DNA of 64,000 bases from Octopus vulgaris (Eukaryota), in the NCBI GenBank assembly GCA_951406725.2, contig OX597814.1, forward strand, positions 213,218,001-213,282,000, read 5' to 3'. Positions 56,835 through 64,000 of the stretch are shown here, piece by piece. The notes below the pieces were generated by a model that did no database searches, was not told the origin of the DNA, and was given only the letters and a program-made list of their open reading frames with translations. The stretch's first letter is position 1; each line of letters opens with the position of its first letter. The translations under genes were made by a program, and so were the position numbers.

Positions 56835-58110
56835 AGCCATATTTTGTCCAAAAATCTGAACGCTACAAAATTTTCATTTTGGAACATGATAAAAAAAATA
56901 AAGCAGAAGTATATGAAAAATGGATTAACTCAACACCTTTAATTCTACCACGGAAACTACAAATTAAACCAATTCCAGAAGAACCCGAACAGCAAAGGAA
57001 ACTTGGGGAGAAATTAGCACTAGAAAAAATGAAAGTAGAGATTGAGTTACTCAAACTCAGAGCATCGAATAGCGAACAAAAATCTAAAACGATCGATGAA
57101 GAAATGCACATCGAACTCACTAAACATGCTGATGAAAAACTTTTGGAAAGCGATTTAAAAATATGGGAAGACAGATGTGAGTCTGAAGAAATAAATTCCC
57201 TGTAACGATGGGAAAACGGTGTTCCTTAGTTTTGAAGCTCAGTTTAAAAGAGACTACACTTCAGATAACCCCTTCCTAAGAAAACCCAGAACAAATATAT
57301 CTACAGAAATAAATACACGCCCACCTAGATCAGACAATAAACATCCAAAAGAACACGAACACACAAAACTGACCCTTCGCCTAGGAGTAAATCATTCTTT
57401 CTCTAATAAAAGGGACTACCCACCAATTAGAAACACGAGAATAAACCAACCTATAGTTAGGAATAATTTTTTCCCTAGCAACTAGAAACATCCAAGAGAC
57501 CCCCTTCACCCCTCAACGACGAAACAACCTATGGATCCTCATACTTTTTACCCCGACAGCACAACCAGCTCCCCAGCATTCCGGACAATTAAGCACCCCA
57601 ACAATTCATTTCAACGAAGAAACCCAAACCACGTGCTCCCAACCTATTTACCCAAGCAGCCACACCAACCTCCCAGCAATCCCAATATAATAAATAATGA
57701 TAATACTGATTTAAATAATAACAATAATAACACCAATTTATTTTTTTTTATTTTATTTTATTTTATTTAGTTTCAGCTCACAAGCTGTGGCCATGCTGGG
57801 GCAACGCCATTTAATAACTTCTACCAACCAAATTACACTAAACATTTTTTAGACCGAGTGGAGAGAAACAAGGACACACGTTGGAACAAAACTTACAGGA
57901 GAAACCCAAAGTCATTAACTTATCAAAGAAAACTCTATCCATAACAAAAATCAATATACTACCCAAATGTTAAAAGTTTACTCCAACCCCACGAAGATCT
58001 AACCATAATGAAATTAAAGATAATATTTCGGAATTCTGCGGAAAACTACGACTCGCAGAAGTAATAACTGACTACAACAACGAAGATGAATCACTGGTCA
58101 AAAATCACTG
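56835..58110 (+). mobile_element. Penelope-like element 5' region: upstream ORF plus N-terminus of the RT ORF (disrupted)
   Basis: 57851-58110 reads KVINLSKKTLS...ILPKC*KFTPTP...IKDNISEFCGKLRLAE, the usual PLE ORF N-terminal motif; upstream is a charged helical ORF (YEKW...LPRKLQ) and a P/N-rich region. Confidence 0.75.
57741..57812 (-). mobile_element. short SINE 3' tail inserted in the PLE
   Basis: Reverse complement ggcgttgccccagcatggccacagcttgtgagctgaaact(aaaat)n, related to the family C tail. Confidence 0.75.
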
Positions 58111-59961
58111 TGTATCTTCCTTTTTTAATTTCTTATACGTATTACAACTCACCACGTGGGAATAATCGAACAAGCTAAATCAACCGAGGATCGAAACTAG
58201 GTTATGGCATTCAAATGCTGAGAAAATAGCTCCCACGGCACAGCGCCCTCCAGCAGTGAATACAATATTAATTATACCATTAAGATTGTAAACAAATAAA
58301 AAATTAATATTATATTTGAAAGACTTTCAGACGGTATCTTATATTAGAAATCTTGATAAAAGAGAGAAGTGGACGATATTGTAGAACAAGAATTATATTC
58401 TAGAAGAGAGTTATGTTAATTCTCATTACAGAGTAAGGGCAAAGGATAAGAATTTAATATAAGCTAATTAGGATATTCAATGTCTAAGTACTCTAAATGA
58501 CCAATTAGTAAAATCTTGAGTAGGCCTCCTTGACAATAATGGTATCGTGTAACCAATAGAAGCGGAATGTTCAAACTTGACTTTCCAAACAGACAAAGTA
58601 TGGTGGGATGCATGAATACAAATGCACCATCAATTTAATAAATTGGCTGAACAGAAAACTCTTACGGCTATATGGTATAGGTTTTCCAATTAAATACAAT
58701 GATATATATATATATATATATATATATGTTCTACAGATAAATCTGCAATATAATGAAATGGATAAACATATGCACAGAAACACATACTCACACACACATT
58801 CTCATTCACACATAACTACAAATTTATATATATATCATATATTTATGAATTTACAATGTAACTAATGAATAAATAAGCAATATATGAGTAAGTATACGAG
58901 TATGTATGTGTATGTGGGTGTGTGTGTGTGTGAGTGTACATGTCTCTTTCTTCCTCTCTCTCCTCACACTCAATCTCTGTATGCAAGTATATGTTTATAT
59001 ATACAAATATACACAGATACATAAAAATAAACATCTTTTAATCTAATACAATATACATATGAAAGGAAGCTGTATGATGAGTTTTTTTAAAAACATACAT
59101 TAATACAACAAACGGAGAAGCAAACATTGGACTAGAAAATATATTAATAAGTTACTTCTGCGTTAAGTTGCAGCATAATACACTAATACAATGCATATCT
59201 ATAGATTTTAGCCAACAGCAGCGAAAATGACAGATATTTGTCTGCGATACAGAGAGTCTGTCTTCTTGAAATATACACTTGTAATAAGTTATTCGGTGAC
59301 AGACAATGCAATCACTTCTTGTACTGAAATTTCTGACAGCGATCTAGGATAAAGCCCTGATATCTATAGTCTTTATTACAGTCACCCAAAACATAGCAAA
59401 TCAAAAGGCTTCTAGCGTCCATATGTAGGGAGCAAAACTGAATATTTTATTAAGATTGTGGGGAGATTATTTGTATACTGTAGCATGTCTAACGTCACAT
59501 GTTTGTTGAATAAGTTGCTCAGAGCATTTCTAAACACTGTCTTCTGAACTGCTTAAGCTGTGGTAAGCGTGTTTTACTATCGCAATTATCCTGAAATAGA
59601 TTCAAACCCTCTGTACAAGAGGTTGCTGAAAATACCTGGCTTTGGGCAAAAAATAAATACAGGAGGATCATTTGATTATGATTTAATTCAACATATTCCC
59701 CTCTCAGATTCAGACACATGTCACAGCGGTCCTTTAGTTTTTCTAAGCCCTGTAAAAGAACTCGAAAGTTTGAGCCTCCAGTCAGGCCTTTCTGGATAAC
59801 CTTAATGCCCGGAACTTTTCAGCATCCCCTCGTATATGATTTTATGGATCAAATTCAATCATACAATAGTTTATCCGTATTTTACCAAGTCAGTGCATTA
59901 CATGTGTAATGAGAGACTTGTTTCTATCATGCTTCTCAACGATATCCATATCTATTATATA

Positions 59962-61067
59962 CTAGCAGTATCACCCGGTGTTGCTTGGATTTGTTTCGAC
60001 CCTTTAGAATTGGAATTTTTGAAAAGCAAAACATTTGCATTATGCAACTTGTTATTCTCTTCAAGTGAACATTTTTCCAGTTGAAATACACCGAAAAATG
60101 GTGACACAGCAGTCAAAAATCGTAAAAAATAGGGATTTCCATAGAAAAAAAGCACCTTTTTGATGTAAATAATGTTTGGTGTTAACATGGTCCGATTTGA
60201 ATTTTATCTTCTACAGAATGAAGAGCAAGCCTTCTTCTATCATACTCTCAATTTTGGTCAACCTGCGCTGCAGGGTCTTGCAGGAGATAGTGTTAGTTGA
60301 AGTCTACCAAACCTGCCACACGCAGACAACTTCAGCTTTATATATATAGATTTGCAGCGCACTACTTTCCATCCTCAATAATGAAACTTGGTAGATCCAA
60401 AAGTTAAACACACAGATACACACACAGACACACAAGTTGAGTTATATATATATAGATTTCTCGACGGGGATTTCTATATAGATTTCTCGACGGGGATTTC
60501 AGGGGAGAGTTTCAGGGAGTTGCTGGAGATGTATCGTGATGATCAAAAATGCGGTCTGCTAAAATTTGGTTAAAGTGATTCAAACGCAAAATGTTCACAT
60601 TTAATTCAAAGCGTTAAAAATGTTATGTAAACAATTGGTATGTGTTCACAAAGTCCAAACGATTAATACGGAAAAACCCTCCAGGCTACATCCCGAAAAT
60701 TCATTTCTTTGCCGAATTTTTACAATGTTTACGGTGATTCGTTTTTATATCTTGATTTTTTTATTTTCATGCAATTTACGCATGCTTGGTGAACACAGTT
60801 CACGTCAAACAGCTGACTTAGTAAATTTCCCTATTCAATGCATGGGATAAGGCCTAAACAAACACATTATCGATTATTGCACTTGCGAGATGAATTTCGG
60901 AACAGAAATAGCACAGTTCAATTTTCATTCGCCTAAACTTTAAGTGACCCATTTTTGATGGCTCTACGATTTGTTGGCAAGGGTGAGATGTGCCGGGAAG
61001 TTAAACACACAGACACACACACAGATACACACACAGACCCACAAGTTGAGTTTTATATATATATAGA
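59962..61067 (-). mobile_element. composite non-autonomous Helitron(s)
   Basis: One 3' end (hairpin plus CTAG|T at 59962, similar to 33825-33852) and A|TCtatata 5' ends at 60350, 60456, 60482 (local duplicate) and 61067. Confidence 0.85.
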
Positions 61068-61370
61068 TGTTTCCGTAAAGATACATAAGATATCCATAAG
61101 ATGCCACGAAACAACGATCAGAAGTATACAATTGCATCTCTTACCACTCCTGATAGGGTTTTTTTCATGAGTCCCATGTTTCTCGCCATTAATAATATCG
61201 CCTTTTCATGCAAATATGTGTCAATATTTTTTTTCTCATTTCATCAAGGGACACTGCATTTTCTTTAAACACTTTTTGCACGTTTCTTTGTATTTAATTC
61301 ACACACCTAATTTTTTTCCAGAATAATTCTGTCTTTTTGAAAAAGAACCTCTCATACATATACTGACTGA

Positions 61371-61422
<52 letters not shown>

Positions 61423-61544
61423 TTTGTACCATTATGTATATATTAATATATATACAGAGAGAAGGAGAGAGAGAGAGAGAGAAAATAGTACAAATAAACA
61501 CATAAAACTCCTTGGGTTTGAAGTAAGAGGTTCTCGGTTTCATC

Positions 61545-61634
<90 letters not shown>

Positions 61635-61645
61635 TATATATATAC

Positions 61646-61704
<59 letters not shown>

Positions 61705-62049
61705 TTTACATATATCTTTTTTCTAGTTTCATTACGCTCCTGTATTTTGTACAGTTATCCTCTTTTCCCGTCAATACATAACCCACAAAACAGTTTACCT
61801 CTACACATTACCTAACACTCTGCCTCTATATCTATCTAGCTATAAATATATAGCTACTTAAATATAGCTGCAAGTAAATGAGAGTATATTTTATGGTGGC
61901 TCTTGTAACAAAAGAACACATATTCAGAGAACAGAAGACCTCGATGACCTTAGGGTCCACTACATGGAATGAGCCAATGGTTCACAAAGTGATTTCTCAA
62001 CTATTACTCATACCAATATTACGTCCGCTCGAATACATGCTAGAGGAGT

Positions 62050-62275
62050 TCTGTCTCATTGAAATTAACCCCAAATCTATTAAACAACACCAGAAAGTTT
62101 CACATTTATAGTGACACTGTCTTAAAACGAAAACAGTATAACTAATATCCTGCCTATATATTTTCATTTCGTTTTTATTATCGTTGGAGCATTGGGCTAC
62201 GTAACAACTGACATGCATAAAAACTTTAAAAAGCTTGGAATCTCCAAAACAGAACGGAGAAAACTGATTATCATC
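62050..62275 (+). mobile_element. old R4/Dong-like endonuclease C-terminal remnant
   Basis: IIVGALGYVTTDMHKNFKKLGISKTERRKLI matches the end of the 5909-6961 copy (VITGAL...SKSERRKLI). Confidence 0.65.
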
Positions 62276-62560
62276 ACCAAGTAAAATTGAATGTGAATTT
62301 GAAGTTCAGATTAGTGTACGCGCGCGCGCGCACGCGTGTGTGTGGTGTGTGTGTGTGTGTGTGTGTGTGCGCGTATTTTCATATATGGGATAACGAGAAT
62401 GTATGTATGTATTTATGTATGTTTATGAATGGCGTATGTATATTAGTATCTATGTATTTATGTATGTACTTCTACCGGTGTTTTTCAAATCACTTAACTA
62501 GTCAAATCCCAGATGCTTATTTACTGAGATCTAATGCACATAATCGTCTCTTTCTCTCAC

Positions 62561-62634
<74 letters not shown>

Positions 62635-62885
62635 TGGAAGCGCGTAGCTTAGTGGTTAGGGTGTCAGCATCATGATCGCAAGATTGTGGTTTCCATTCCT
62701 GGACCAGGCGACGCGTTGTGCTCTTGAGCAAAGCAATTCATTTCACGTTGTTGCAGTCCAGTCAGCTGGCAAACATGAGTAACACTGCGATGGACTGGCA
62801 CCCCGCTCAGCTGAGGAACACATACGCCATAGAAACCGGGAAACCGGGCCCAGGAGCCTGACTAGTCTTTAAAAGGACGCATTTA
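62635..62885 (+). mobile_element. SINE family D (CORE-like), full length
   Basis: tRNA-like head, ttgtgctcttgagcaaagca.ttcatttcacgttg core, (attt)n tail. Confidence 0.82.
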
Positions 62886-62887
62886 TT

Positions 62888-62949
<62 letters not shown>

Positions 62950-62954
62950 TATCA

Positions 62955-63033
<79 letters not shown>

Positions 63034-63067
63034 CATCATCATCATCATCATTATTATTATTATTATT

Positions 63068-63102
<35 letters not shown>

Positions 63103-63161
63103 AATCATCATCATCATCATCATTATTATTATTATTATTATTATTATCATCATCATCATCA

Positions 63162-63195
<34 letters not shown>

Positions 63196-63271
63196 CATCA
63201 TCATCATCGTCATCATCATCATTATTATTATTATTATTATTATTATAATTATTATTATTAATATTATTATT

Positions 63272-63318
<47 letters not shown>

Positions 63319-63337
63319 TATTATTATTATTATTATT
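62886..63337. repeat. compound (ATT)n/(ATC)n microsatellite
   Basis: Directly visible alternating blocks. Confidence 0.98.
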
Positions 63338-63878
63338 CATATATATATACATACATATACATACATGTGTGTGTGCGCGCGCATGTGTGTATGTGTGTGT
63401 AATACACATGCATGCACACATATGTACATAATCAAGCCATATGTATACTAACGTGTGACATGCACATCCACTACACGAGTGCCAGTTTGTCTCTACGCAC
63501 ACACATATAAGCACAATACACACTGATATGCATACATATGCATACATCGAGTTGTTCTTACAACCACAAACTCCAAGAGTTGTTTTCATCTAAACAAGGA
63601 TTAAAGGAGCCTAGTCACTTTATTTGTGTCCCGCTTGTATTCATCAAGGTAATAAAAAAACTTAAATTTCAAAGGGACATAATAACTACATATTTACAAT
63701 ACCACGTAGTTGCTTAGATCTCAGTAAATAAGCATCTGGGATTTGACTAGTTAAGTGATTTGAGAAACACCGGTAGAAGTACATACATAAATACATAGAT
63801 ACTAAAATACATACGCCATTCATAAACACGCATGTATACATACATACATTCTCGTTATCCCTTATATGAAAATACGCG

Positions 63879-63937
<59 letters not shown>

Positions 63938-64000
63938 ATACACACACACACGCATACACTAATCTGAACTTTGTTGCTAGACTGTTCGATTATCACATGC

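Larger units (their letters stand above)
62302..63971. repeat. inverted duplication, arms 62302-62534 and 63714-63971
   Basis: aagttcagattagtgta...cccagatgcttatttactgagatctaa and its reverse complement; the ORF track shows the same peptide on both strands. Confidence 0.93.

Noticed and set aside
59560-59799. Protein-looking 79-aa ORF, and the similar 44722-45195 region
   Set aside because: No recognisable domain, no convincing start or splice context; cannot be supported without a search.

Overview
AT-rich eukaryotic DNA saturated with microsatellites and transposon remnants. The SINE set and the (TA)n/(CATA)n/(GATA)n/(TAA)n density point to an octopus genome (inference from repeat recognition, no search run). 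I found no host protein-coding gene, rRNA, true tRNA or CRISPR array, and most of the ORF track is translated microsatellite. Supported content: four tRNA-head SINE families (over 20 copies, several with TSDs); R4/Dong-like and HERO-like RLE retrotransposon fragments; Penelope-like (PLE) ORF fragments; a decayed mariner; a pogo/Tigger-like MITE; three Helitron loci; old RTE/CR1 debris; and local tandem and inverted duplications. The best leads are: (i) a set of hammerhead-ribozyme modules from several sequence families, most ending in (TA)n; (ii) a hammerhead-like fold with doubled core motifs downstream of the HERO-like ORF; (iii) a Dong/R4 family whose junctions lie in (CATA)n; (iv) a candidate -1 frameshift joining a PLE upstream ORF to its RT ORF; (v) a duplication that breaks exactly at a SINE 5' end. 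All folds and alignments were done by eye.
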